From assembly GCA_016933335.1 (NCBI GenBank), contig JAFGBD010000011.1:50946-114945 (forward strand): a DNA stretch of 64,000 bases, written 5' to 3'. A model generated the notes under the pieces. The model was not told the DNA's origin. It did not search any database and was given only the letters and a program-made list of their open reading frames with translations. Both the position numbers and the translations under genes were made by a program. Below are positions 29,827-37,980 of this stretch, one piece after another. Each line of letters opens with the position of its first letter. The stretch's first letter is position 1. The DNA is from Bacteroidales bacterium (GTDB lineage Bacteria; Bacteroidota; Bacteroidia; Bacteroidales; UBA10428).

Positions 29827-30996
29827 TCAGATCGACGAATGCTTATCCCTGATTGTATCGGCAAGGGCATCCAGTGCGGCAAAGGTCTCGTCTTTCGGAA
29901 GGCCTTTACACATTACAGTACCTAGAACCTCAACCTTCAGATTCGGTATCAGTGCGGATATCTGCTCCACGGCCTTCGTCCCCCAGCCATAGGAGCCAAT
30001 GATGGCGGCAAACTTCAGCTTGGGGCGCAGTGCATTTGCCAGATGTGTGGCTGAAAATACACTGGGATGCGGGCCAACATGCACGGTCGGTGTGCCTATC
30101 ACTATTGTCGCAGCGTCAACAAGGGCCATTGCCAGTTTACCAATGTCAGTTGTCGACAACTCGAATTTCTGCACTGTGATACCTCTCTCAGCCAGCGCTG
30201 AAACAAGATAATTCACCATTGTTTCGGTGCTTCCGTGCATGGAGATATAAGGAATAACCGCAAGATTCGATACCTTATCAGAAGCCCAGTCCTCATAAGC
30301 TGATATAATATCTTCAGGGTGATCATATACCGGACCGTGGCTCGGTGCTATGAAGTCGAATTCAATTTCACTTATTTTCTTCAGGTTTTTTTGGATCATG
30401 GTACGGAAAGGCATCATGATCTCAGCATAGTAACGTTTTGCCGCTTCAATGATATAAGGATCATCTCCGGCATAGAGATCTGACATGGCAATATGAGAGC
30501 CAAAAAAATCACATGTAAACAAAATGCGGTCTTCCGGCAGGTTGGTGACCATGGTCTCCGGCCAGTGAACCCAGGGTGTATGAATGAACTGCAGCGTTTT
30601 ATCGCCAAGTAAAAGTGTCTCTCCGTCCTCTACAGTTCTGATACGTCCGGCAGGAATCCCAAGATGATCAACAAGCAGGTCACGGGCTTTTGGAGTACAT
30701 AAGAGGATAGACTGACTGTACTTTTCCATGATCAGGGGAATGGTTCCCGAATGATCCTGCTCAGCATGCTGTGATATGATGTAGTCGATTTTTTTCACAT
30801 CTGCCAGCTGGCGTGTCAGGACTTCAGCCATCGGGGGATCAACCGTATCAATAAGGGCTGTTTTTTCCGATCCTTCAATCAGGTAAGCGTTATAACTGGT
30901 TCCGTCAGGCAGCGGAATTAATGAATCGAATAATCTCCGGTTCCAGTCAAGGGCGCCCATCCACCTGACACCTTTACAGATTTCTCTTGGTTTCAT
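29827..30996 (-). CDS. fprA: flavodiiron protein (FprA-type, metallo-beta-lactamase + flavodoxin domains)
   Basis: 389 aa. N-terminal di-iron beta-lactamase-like fold (SYNAYLI, HAEQDHSG) and C-terminal flavodoxin-like domain (AVIPYISMHGSTE). Confidence 0.88.
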   Translation of the reverse strand: MKPREICKGVRWMGALDWNRRLFDSLIPLPDGTSYNAYLIEGSEKTALIDTVDPPMAEVLTRQLADVKKIDYIISQHAEQDHSGTIPLIMEKYSQSILLCTPKARDLLVDHLGIPAGRIRTVEDGETLLLGDKTLQFIHTPWVHWPETMVTNLPEDRILFTCDFFGSHIAMSDLYAGDDPYIIEAAKRYYAEIMMPFRTMIQKNLKKISEIEFDFIAPSHGPVYDHPEDIISAYEDWASDKVSNLAVIPYISMHGSTETMVNYLVSALAERGITVQKFELSTTDIGKLAMALVDAATIVIGTPTVHVGPHPSVFSATHLANALRPKLKFAAIIGSYGWGTKAVEQISALIPNLKVEVLGTVMCKGLPKDETFAALDALADTIRDKHSSI

Positions 30997-31021
30997 ATTG
31001 TTTCCTTTTTTGTTTTCTGAT

Positions 31022-31031
31022 GCACATGTGC
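31022..31031. promoter_or_regulatory. perfect 10-bp palindrome GCACATGTGC upstream of fprA
   Basis: Self-complementary decamer 25 nt upstream of the fprA ATG (30996). Candidate operator; no known consensus matched. Confidence 0.2.
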
Positions 31032-31326
31032 TTGAATAAAGCCGGTACTGTATGTGACTTTGCTCCCTGAATATTAAAAAAGCCTGTTCAGATGGAATCT
31101 CCCGGCATCTGATTCAAACAAACATTCAAATATGCTGTTTTGTTCTGCAATAATATAAATGTAAGGAAAAATGACAGAATAAAACAGGTTATACTCAATA
31201 TTCATGTATTAACAGGCTAAAGAGAAGGTCAAGCAGATGAAAGGCATTGTTGACAAAGAGAAAAAAGAGCTGGAAGAACTTGACAACATCCTGGAAGAAG
31301 AATAGTTATCCGGTTTGATTGAATTG

Positions 31327-31722
31327 TCAGGCAGATTTGGCTTCCCATTCGACAAAAGCATCAACATCAGCGGATATGGCTCTGATGGTCCAGGCCAGGA
31401 TGGCTGCGTCATCCAGCAGACCAAAACCGGGCAGGAAATCCGGAATGAGATCAAACGGCATTACGAAGTAGATAATTGATGCTACGATCATCACAAGAGA
31501 TTGCCACGAAATATTTCTGTATGAGCCATTTGCATAGGCCTTAATCAATCTGAAGCAGGCCATCAGGTAATTCCAGATATTTTTCAACGGACCGCTCTTT
31601 TGCCCGGCTTTGCCGGTGGCATCATCAATAAGCCTCCCAAGCTTCCCGGGATCCCTGATATAGTCTTCTGCTTTGCTCCAGGCTTTTTTGTATGACCTGC
31701 TGTCACGTGTCCGATCTTCCAT
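31327..31722 (-). CDS. YkvA/DUF1232 family membrane protein
   Basis: Contains the DUF1232 signature IIYFVMPFDLIPDFLPGFGLLDDAAIL. Start taken at ATG 31722; the track start at 31749 is also possible. Confidence 0.7.
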   Translation of the reverse strand: MEDRTRDSRSYKKAWSKAEDYIRDPGKLGRLIDDATGKAGQKSGPLKNIWNYLMACFRLIKAYANGSYRNISWQSLVMIVASIIYFVMPFDLIPDFLPGFGLLDDAAILAWTIRAISADVDAFVEWEAKSA

Positions 31723-31877
31723 ATGATAAAAATAACATGCCCGCTCCAATAGTTAACATAGCAAATACTAAAGATACGGGTATTGTATGAATATTCAGTA
31801 ATAAACATGGTCTAAAATGATCCTGTCTGAACACGGATAATGGTATCAATACCTGTCTGATTTATATCCGTATGTTG

Positions 31878-32129
31878 TTATATTCTCTTTCCGGTCAGGC
31901 TTTTATTTTTAGCATCTTTAAGGTCAAAAGAGAAAACCTCTTCAAGCGGCTTGTTGAACACACGGGCAACACGAAAGGCAAGTTCCAGTGTAGGAGAGTA
32001 TTTTCCGTTTTCGATGGCTATTATTGTCTGCCTTGTCACTCCGGTTTTATCAGCCAGCTCCTGCTGCGTCATCTCATCTGCATTGAAGCGCAGTTTTCGG
32101 ATGTTATTACTTATCAAACACTTACTCAT
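31878..32129 (-). CDS. XRE-family helix-turn-helix transcriptional regulator
   Basis: 83 aa from ATG 32129: NIRKLRFNADEMTQQELADKTGVTRQTIIAIENGKYSPTLELAFRVARVF, a classic Cro/C1 HTH. The start lies 1 nt after the stop of the upstream membrane-protein gene. Confidence 0.85.
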   Translation of the reverse strand: MSKCLISNNIRKLRFNADEMTQQELADKTGVTRQTIIAIENGKYSPTLELAFRVARVFNKPLEEVFSFDLKDAKNKSLTGKRI

Positions 32130-32130
32130 C

Positions 32131-32589
32131 TTATATTCCTTTACGATAAAAATAGATCTGAACAATACCTTCGACAACTCCTCCAAGGAAACAAGAAGAA
32201 ATTAAGGTTGCTAACATCACCCAGGGTTGCATCCCGATGGCCTGGGAGCCGAACGCCAGTAAAAAGCCCACTGAGGTCACCCAGCGTGAGATCTTTATGG
32301 ATTTCAAATCTATTAACCTGTCCATTTCATCCGTAATGACGGGTATGTCCTGGTTGGTCACAATTTTATTGATGATTGCAAAAATGATGTGGATGACAAT
32401 AAGCGCAACAACCATCACAGGTACCAGAACAATGAATCTTTTTCCCCAGAACGCGAGGTCATTCAGTATATCCGGATTCCCGGGTACGTATTTATTATAA
32501 ACAATAAGAGCATAGATAACAGGAATCAGGATCAGACTGAACATGGTTACAAGGATCTGACTTTCCTTACGATACATTTTTCCTTCCAT
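32131..32589 (-). CDS. four-TM membrane protein co-transcribed with the XRE regulator
   Basis: 152 aa with four hydrophobic helices and no catalytic motif. Small membrane-protein + XRE pairs are common in bacteria. Confidence 0.6.
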   Translation of the reverse strand: MEGKMYRKESQILVTMFSLILIPVIYALIVYNKYVPGNPDILNDLAFWGKRFIVLVPVMVVALIVIHIIFAIINKIVTNQDIPVITDEMDRLIDLKSIKISRWVTSVGFLLAFGSQAIGMQPWVMLATLISSCFLGGVVEGIVQIYFYRKGI

Positions 32590-32606
32590 TTGTCTACTAT
32601 ATTTTA

Positions 32607-32637
32607 CTTTGTGTTAATTATTATCGACACAAAGATA
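32607..32637 (-). promoter_or_regulatory. -7 box (TATCTTTG) overlapped by an 8-bp inverted repeat: candidate autoregulatory operator
   Basis: ctttgtgt (32607-32614), 12-nt spacer, acacaaag (32627-32634). The minus-strand -7 box TATCTTTG (32630-32637) ends 40 nt upstream of the operon ATG at 32589. Confidence 0.35.
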
Positions 32638-32736
32638 AATATTTTATTCATAATGTCAAGTATTTTATACATTAAATTTTAAAATTTTTCAAATCTCCCT
32701 GCTTTTTATGGGATTCAAAGTTTTCTTATAACATAT

Positions 32737-34797
32737 TTACTGTGCAATTTCTGTGACTTTCATGGTCATAATCCCGCTGAATCCATATATTGAACTATCA
32801 CCAAAGCTGTAATTGAAATAACAGGTCCCGTTTCCGTTGTTTTCTCTGCGATATTTAAATCCATAGGTATAGGTTGTACCAACAGTCAGACCACTGTCTT
32901 TTGCGACCAGATATACATTTTGCATATCATTGGTATCTGTTCCGTTATTGGGACGGCTGACATAGGTGGTTCTGTTTCTGGTTCCATTTTCAGGGCCCAC
33001 ACCCACCAGGGTTTCTGAACCGCCGATATCTCTGATCAGTTGCATCTGAAAAATTGTATTGTGCATTGACATATAAGTATTGATCGAAAATGAATATTCT
33101 ATCAGAAAGATGCTGTTGTCATATTTTGGGGTAATGCTGATTCTGTAACCTGTGTCAGCTTCTGTAAATGTCGTAACATCCAAATAGCTTGTATTCTCAG
33201 ATGTTTTTATTATTGTTTGCACGACAGTACCCGGTGCATAAAAGTTACCGCTGACTTTCAGATCGCCGTTTACATCAAGTGCTGCCTCGGGAGTGGCTGT
33301 CCCTATACCTACCAGTCCTGCCGAAAAATCACCGTAGATCAGCGGAGGATTTGTCTCGCTGTTAGCAATATAAAGTTTGTTAGAACCCGTTTCGTTGTAA
33401 CCTGCTCTGGAACCAACAAAAACATTATAGGAACCTGATACGCTGTTTCCTCCGGCCTGATATCCTATTGCTGTATTATGAGAACCTGAAGTTGCATTTA
33501 ACATACATTGAAAACCCACCGATGTATTGTGTGTACCGGATTTGAAATAGTTGAGCGAACCTCCTCCGACTGCAATGTTTCCACCCCCGTCTGTATTACT
33601 GCCAAGAGCGCCCCCTCCGACAGCTGTATTCATGGTTCCTGTTGTGTTGCTGGTTAGTGAGGATGCCCCTATGGCTGTATTCCATTCACCGGTTGTGTTT
33701 TTCATCAGAGCGTGTGACCCTACTGCCGTATTCAGACCTGATCCAGTATTGCTTTCCATGGCCTGGTAACCAACTGCAGTGTTATCTCCTGATGATGTAT
33801 TGTTAAATAGCGCATGGTAGCCAATTCCGGTATTCCTGGCACCAGTATTGCTGTTTGCTGCCTGGTAACCATATGATGTAACACCACCCGGATCGATTCT
33901 GCCGGATCTCTGATTATTTACTTTGAAATTCAACGGAACATTATCTGTCGTTCCAATAAAATTTATGCCGTCTGCTGTGCCTGCATTACCGGTAAGAAGC
34001 CAGTTTACCGGGGGAATTTTTACAAATCCGCCCTCACTCAGGTAGATGGTGTCATTGCGTATACTCAGAATCTGGATTTCGTTTGTGACAGAACTGTCAG
34101 CTTCGGTAAATGAAGTCAGGTATCCAACATCATTTGCAAATGCACTTACATTTGCCGGTGCTCCCGTGAGGCTGCTGTACTGCCCGTCGAAACCTGCAGG
34201 CAATTTTGCAAAGCCTCCGTTTGTCAGATAAATGGTATCGTTGCTGATATTTAGTAACTGTATCTCATTGGTAACGGAACCGTCCGCTTCTGTCTCCAGT
34301 TTATTATTCCAGCTTGTGATATCCTGATTTGTAATTCCACTGGCAGCTGAACCTGTAAAAACCGGATCAGCTTCTGAAAGAGTTCCTGTAATGCTTTCAG
34401 CCGTTTTTGCATGTAAAGCATAAGGCACGCTCAACAACTGGCTTGTGCCGGTGATGGTATAATTTGTTCCACCTGAAGGGTCGGTTTCTGTTTTGATGAA
34501 ATAAGTATCGTTAGCCCAGTCAATGGATGCAAAATCGCCGTTTTCAACTGCCCCGCTTCCGATTTCCAGGCTTACCAGACCATTGGCATTGGTTGTGGGT
34601 GTATGTGTTTCTGCATAAACGGCTGTTCCTGTTGCCAGGCCTTTCAGAATACTTATCCGCATACCCACCTGGGTATTTGTAACAAGAGCATTACTGCTGT
34701 TTCGGATAACAGCCTGGTAGCTCATTTTTTCCGGACTCTGGGCCCGAATTGTTACCGTTAATAAAACGGCTGCCATCGTAACAAATGTTTTTTTCAT
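32737..34797 (-). CDS. secreted tail-fibre-like / YadA-head-like repeat surface protein
   Basis: 686 aa. Signal peptide MKKTFVTMAAVLLTVTIRAQ. Two ~60-aa repeats carrying TEAD.SVTNEIQ.L.I.NDTIYL..GGF.K.P. About ten 14-aa NTA[VI]G..A...NT.G repeats. Then LYIANSETNPPLIYGDF..GLVGIGTATPEAALDVNG and a ~170-aa beta-rich C-terminal domain. No T9SS CTD recognised. Confidence 0.6.
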   Translation of the reverse strand: MKKTFVTMAAVLLTVTIRAQSPEKMSYQAVIRNSSNALVTNTQVGMRISILKGLATGTAVYAETHTPTTNANGLVSLEIGSGAVENGDFASIDWANDTYFIKTETDPSGGTNYTITGTSQLLSVPYALHAKTAESITGTLSEADPVFTGSAASGITNQDITSWNNKLETEADGSVTNEIQLLNISNDTIYLTNGGFAKLPAGFDGQYSSLTGAPANVSAFANDVGYLTSFTEADSSVTNEIQILSIRNDTIYLSEGGFVKIPPVNWLLTGNAGTADGINFIGTTDNVPLNFKVNNQRSGRIDPGGVTSYGYQAANSNTGARNTGIGYHALFNNTSSGDNTAVGYQAMESNTGSGLNTAVGSHALMKNTTGEWNTAIGASSLTSNTTGTMNTAVGGGALGSNTDGGGNIAVGGGSLNYFKSGTHNTSVGFQCMLNATSGSHNTAIGYQAGGNSVSGSYNVFVGSRAGYNETGSNKLYIANSETNPPLIYGDFSAGLVGIGTATPEAALDVNGDLKVSGNFYAPGTVVQTIIKTSENTSYLDVTTFTEADTGYRISITPKYDNSIFLIEYSFSINTYMSMHNTIFQMQLIRDIGGSETLVGVGPENGTRNRTTYVSRPNNGTDTNDMQNVYLVAKDSGLTVGTTYTYGFKYRRENNGNGTCYFNYSFGDSSIYGFSGIMTMKVTEIAQ
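33375..33855 (-). repeat. coding region for ~10 degenerate 14-residue NTAxG head repeats
   Basis: Protein residues ~315-475: NTGIGYHALFNNTSSGDNTAVGYQAMESNTGSGLNTAVGSHALMKNTTGEWNTAIGASSLTSNTTGTMNTAVGGGALG... The period is 14 aa. Confidence 0.6.
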
Positions 34798-35068
34798 AAC
34801 TATTTTGTTTTAATGTTTTGAATACTTTAACTTCTACCCGATTGCCTGTAACTCTCATAAGACAGGACCCCGGAGTGCGATCTTCCCCTCTTACCCGCCT
34901 TTCAGCAGTCAGATTTTTATTGTAAGCCGGTATAAATAAACCGTTACTTATTATTTAATAATACGAAATTGGGTTCTGGATCGGATGGTGTTCAAAGGTA
35001 AATATACTTATAATATTAAAGGTAATTGTCTATATAAATACTGATTTTTAAACAATAACAAAATATTC

Positions 35069-35296
35069 ATGACTATTTTACTTATCCGACATAAAGGCTG
35101 TCATGGCCGGATCTTCTATGACGCAACTGAATTTAATAAATATGGTGAACTCGGAGGTCGTGACCGACTGGCAGTTGACGCTTCCGGCAACATTTGGGCA
35201 ACCGGTCCCGGCGGAGTGATGATATTTTCTCCGGATGGCAAACACTTTGGCAGCATTGACACCGGCACCAGGGTAGCAAACTGTTGTTTCGGCTGA
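35069..35296 (+). pseudogene. relic of an SMP-30/gluconolactonase/LRE-family gene (C-terminal blades only)
   Basis: The 75-codon ORF contains LAVDASGNIWATGPGGVMIFSPDGKHFGSIDTGTRVANCCFG. This resembles the last blades of ~290-aa SMP-30-type beta-propellers. There is an in-frame stop 27 nt upstream of the ATG, and a stop where full-length proteins usually continue. Confidence 0.55.
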
Positions 35297-35379
35297 TTAC
35301 CTGAAATTAAAAATTGTTATCTTTAGCCGGAATAAACAATCAATTATCTTCAATCATAACTAAAAAAGGAGAAAAAATC

Positions 35380-35565
35380 ATGAAAGAAAAAATGCAAACA
35401 TGCACTCCTGCATCAGGTGCAGTTTATGGCCTCGGACTTATCGGAGCAGCAATTTACTTTATAGGCACAGCCACCAGTTTCTGGATGGGCGTCCTGGGAT
35501 TCCTGAAAGCCATTGTGTGGCCTGTCTTTCTTGTTCTTGCAGCATTTAAAGAATTGGCGATGTGA
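35380..35565 (+). CDS. small two-TM membrane protein (61 aa)
   Basis: ATG 35380 preceded by aaaaaaggagaaaaaatc. MKEKMQTCTPASGAVYGLGLIGAAIYFIGTATSFWMGVLGFLKAIVWPVFLVLAAF. Followed by a strong terminator. The track start at 35314 looks over-extended. Confidence 0.6.
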   Translation: MKEKMQTCTPASGAVYGLGLIGAAIYFIGTATSFWMGVLGFLKAIVWPVFLVLAAFKELAM

Positions 35566-35586
35566 TGATATTAAGACCATAATGAA

Positions 35587-35617
35587 AAAATCCCCGGAGC
35601 TGACTTCCGGGGATTTT
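35587..35617 (+). terminator. rho-independent terminator hairpin
   Basis: Perfect 12-bp stem aaaatccccgga / tccggggatttt with a 7-nt loop, 22 nt after the stop of the 61-aa gene. Confidence 0.7.
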
Positions 35618-35748
35618 GGTTCCGGGACTAATTACCGGCCATGCGGTTTTAAACCGATTTCATAAAAATTATGATTAATATTGCCATATTTCATTCATAA
35701 AATTTAGAATTAAGATATACACTAACAACCAAAACAACATTATTACGA

Positions 35749-37488
35749 ATGGGTAAAACAATCAAAACAATATACACGCTAATCATTCTTTCAATTCTTA
35801 TTTTTATTCTGAGTTGTGAAAAAGAAGAAATAAATACACTTACAGTATCAAAAGATAAAATTGAATTTCCCAAAGAAGGCGGTACATCCAGTTTTGAAAT
35901 TCATACCGATGCAGATTCATGGAATATAGATAACCCTGCATCAGACTGGCTGACTTTATCCTTAACCTCAGGAACCCAGAAAGAAGCACTTGTTTCGTTA
36001 AGTGTCAGTACAAAAACCTTATTACCCCGGCAAGACACGCTTACCATAACGGCAGGCAATGCTGAACCGGTTTACATAACAATATCACAGCCATCATCCG
36101 AATATTTATATGAATTAACTGCAAACAGGGTATATATTAACTACAATCATATTGCCGGTTCTGTTTCAATGATTATTACCTCTGATGCCCCTGAATGGAC
36201 ATTATCCACCGATGCCGGCTGGCTTGAATTCAGCCAGTTAACGGGCACGGCAGGAACAACAACAGTTAATATCAGTGCTGCAACTAATACAGAAACGGTT
36301 GAAAGAAAAACCAGTATAATTCTAAGCGCTGAAGGTGCTCCAACAACAGAAATTCCGGTAACCCAGAAAGCAGCTTATCCAAGTTACAACATCAATCCTG
36401 TTGAGCCTGATATTACCGGCATGAGCAGTACTGCCACGGAGATCGCAAATAAGATAAAACTGGGCTGGAATATTGGTAATACACTTGAAGCCATTGGCGG
36501 TGAAACTTTCTGGGGAAACCCGAAAATCACCAATGAACTTATTCAACTGGTAAAACAGAGTGGTTTTGATGCGATTCGTTTACCATGCTCGTGGAACCAG
36601 TATGCAGACCAGAACACGGCAGAAATAAGTTCCACCTGGTTAAACCGGGTCAAAGAAGTCATACAGTATTGTGTGAATAACGACATGTATGTTATATTAA
36701 ACATCCATTGGGACGGGGGTTGGCTTGAAAACAACTGTACTCCGGGAAGCCAGGAGGGAATCAATACAAAACAAAAAGCCTTCTGGGAGCAGATTGCCAC
36801 TCACCTGCGTGATTTTGATGAACATTTGCTTTTTGCAAGTGCCAATGAGCCTAATGTGGATGACGCGGCTCAAATGGCAGTATTGCTCTCTTACCATCAA
36901 ACCTTTATTGATGCCGTCCGCTCGACCGGAGGCAAAAATGCTTACCGGGTACTGGTGGTCCAGGGACCGAATACCGATATTGAAACTACAAATGAACTGA
37001 TGACCAAAATGCCCGAGGATGATTTACCAAATCGCATAATGGCTGAGATCCACTACTATACACCATGGAATTTTACCGGCCTGACCAAAGACGAAAGCTG
37101 GGGGAACCAGTTTTACTACTGGGGTAAAGACTATCATTCAACAACCGACCTTGCCCATAATCCAACCTGGGGCGAAGAATCAACGGTTGATGCAAATTTT
37201 CAGTTGATGAAAAGTCAGTTTGTCGATAAAGGCATTCCTGTTGTATTGGGTGAATTCGGAGCCATGCGCCGTTCTGCTTTACCAGGTGATACACTGGAGC
37301 TTCATCTGGCATCAAGGGCCTACTATCTCAAATACGTTACCAAACAGGCAAATGCCAGTGGGTTGCTGCCATTTTACTGGGATAACGGCGGATTGGATAA
37401 TCTGGCTTCCGGTATTTTCAACAGGAGAACAAACACTGTGTACGATCAGCAAGCCCTGGATGCTCTTATTCAGGGTGCAACAGAATAG
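35749..37488 (+). CDS. GH5 endoglucanase/cellulase-family lipoprotein with two N-terminal BACON domains
   Basis: 579 aa. Lipoprotein signal ...ILIFILSC. Two BACON-like modules (EGGTSSFEIHTDADSWNIDNPASDWLTLS; SVSMIITSDAPEWTLSTDAGWLEFS). GH5 catalytic motifs: acid/base ASANEPN and nucleophile VVLGEFGA. Confidence 0.88.
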   Translation: MGKTIKTIYTLIILSILIFILSCEKEEINTLTVSKDKIEFPKEGGTSSFEIHTDADSWNIDNPASDWLTLSLTSGTQKEALVSLSVSTKTLLPRQDTLTITAGNAEPVYITISQPSSEYLYELTANRVYINYNHIAGSVSMIITSDAPEWTLSTDAGWLEFSQLTGTAGTTTVNISAATNTETVERKTSIILSAEGAPTTEIPVTQKAAYPSYNINPVEPDITGMSSTATEIANKIKLGWNIGNTLEAIGGETFWGNPKITNELIQLVKQSGFDAIRLPCSWNQYADQNTAEISSTWLNRVKEVIQYCVNNDMYVILNIHWDGGWLENNCTPGSQEGINTKQKAFWEQIATHLRDFDEHLLFASANEPNVDDAAQMAVLLSYHQTFIDAVRSTGGKNAYRVLVVQGPNTDIETTNELMTKMPEDDLPNRIMAEIHYYTPWNFTGLTKDESWGNQFYYWGKDYHSTTDLAHNPTWGEESTVDANFQLMKSQFVDKGIPVVLGEFGAMRRSALPGDTLELHLASRAYYLKYVTKQANASGLLPFYWDNGGLDNLASGIFNRRTNTVYDQQALDALIQGATE

Positions 37489-37552
37489 CAATGTATATAC
37501 TAAGCTGAACCATGAAACATCTGAAAAACAGATGAATCATTGGTTTGTTTTG

Positions 37553-37623
37553 AGGTCGGTGGCGGATTCGAACCGCCGTCATTGGTTTTGCAGACCAGCG
37601 CCTAGCCACTCGGCCAACCGACC
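37553..37623 (-). tRNA. tRNA-Cys (GCA)
   Basis: Hand-folded 71-nt cloverleaf. Acceptor GGTCGGT/ACCGACC. Anticodon loop CTGCAAA gives GCA. T-arm GGCGG-TTCGAAT-CCGCC. D-stem has a 13:22 mismatch. Discriminator is U, an identity element for Cys. CCA is not encoded. Confidence 0.93.
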
Positions 37624-37640
37624 ATTCTTGATTTTCGCTG

Positions 37641-37648
37641 CAAATGTA
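37641..37648 (-). promoter_or_regulatory. -7 promoter box (TACATTTG) upstream of tRNA-Cys
   Basis: TAnnTTTG match on the minus strand, ending 17 nt upstream of the mature tRNA 5' end. Confidence 0.45.
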
Positions 37649-37797
37649 TGAAAATAATATCAATTTTTTTAAAAGGAGAATCAATTATCATTAACTACAA
37701 AAGCCCCGGCAACTCCACCGAAATCCTGGCCGGGAGAGATTCCCCAGATCCTGGTCGTTACAGGTTCTTTTGTAAGCCGGGTAACCGTTATTATACT

Positions 37798-37977
37798 TCA
37801 GGGCTTTTCGGCAAATTTTGCCAGGCAATCAGGGCATAAACAGTCCTTGTATTTTTCAAGTATGAACAAGAGTTCTCTTTTCGGGATCTGCAGCTTTTCA
37901 CACCAGCAGTCCTCATTTCCAAGGCAGGAAAAAAACTGCCCGCACTCCGGACATTTTTTGATGGTTCCGCTGCTCAT
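37798..37977 (-). CDS. cysteine-rich CWC-family small protein (59 aa)
   Basis: Below the 60-aa cutoff of the ORF track. MSSGTIKKCPECGQFFSCLGNEDCWCEKLQIPKRELLFILEKYKDCLCPDCLAKFAEKP has 8 Cys including the CWC motif. Its ATG lies 3 nt after the folB stop. Confidence 0.7.
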   Translation of the reverse strand: MSSGTIKKCPECGQFFSCLGNEDCWCEKLQIPKRELLFILEKYKDCLCPDCLAKFAEKP

Positions 37978-37980
37978 GGT

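Noticed and set aside
31209-31454. 81-aa minus-strand ORF, and a 22-codon plus-strand ORF (31237-31305, MKGIVDKEKKELEELDNILEEE)
   Set aside because: The 81-aa ORF overlaps the 3' end of the DUF1232 gene out of frame. The 22-codon ORF has no recognisable family or signals. Neither can be supported from sequence alone.
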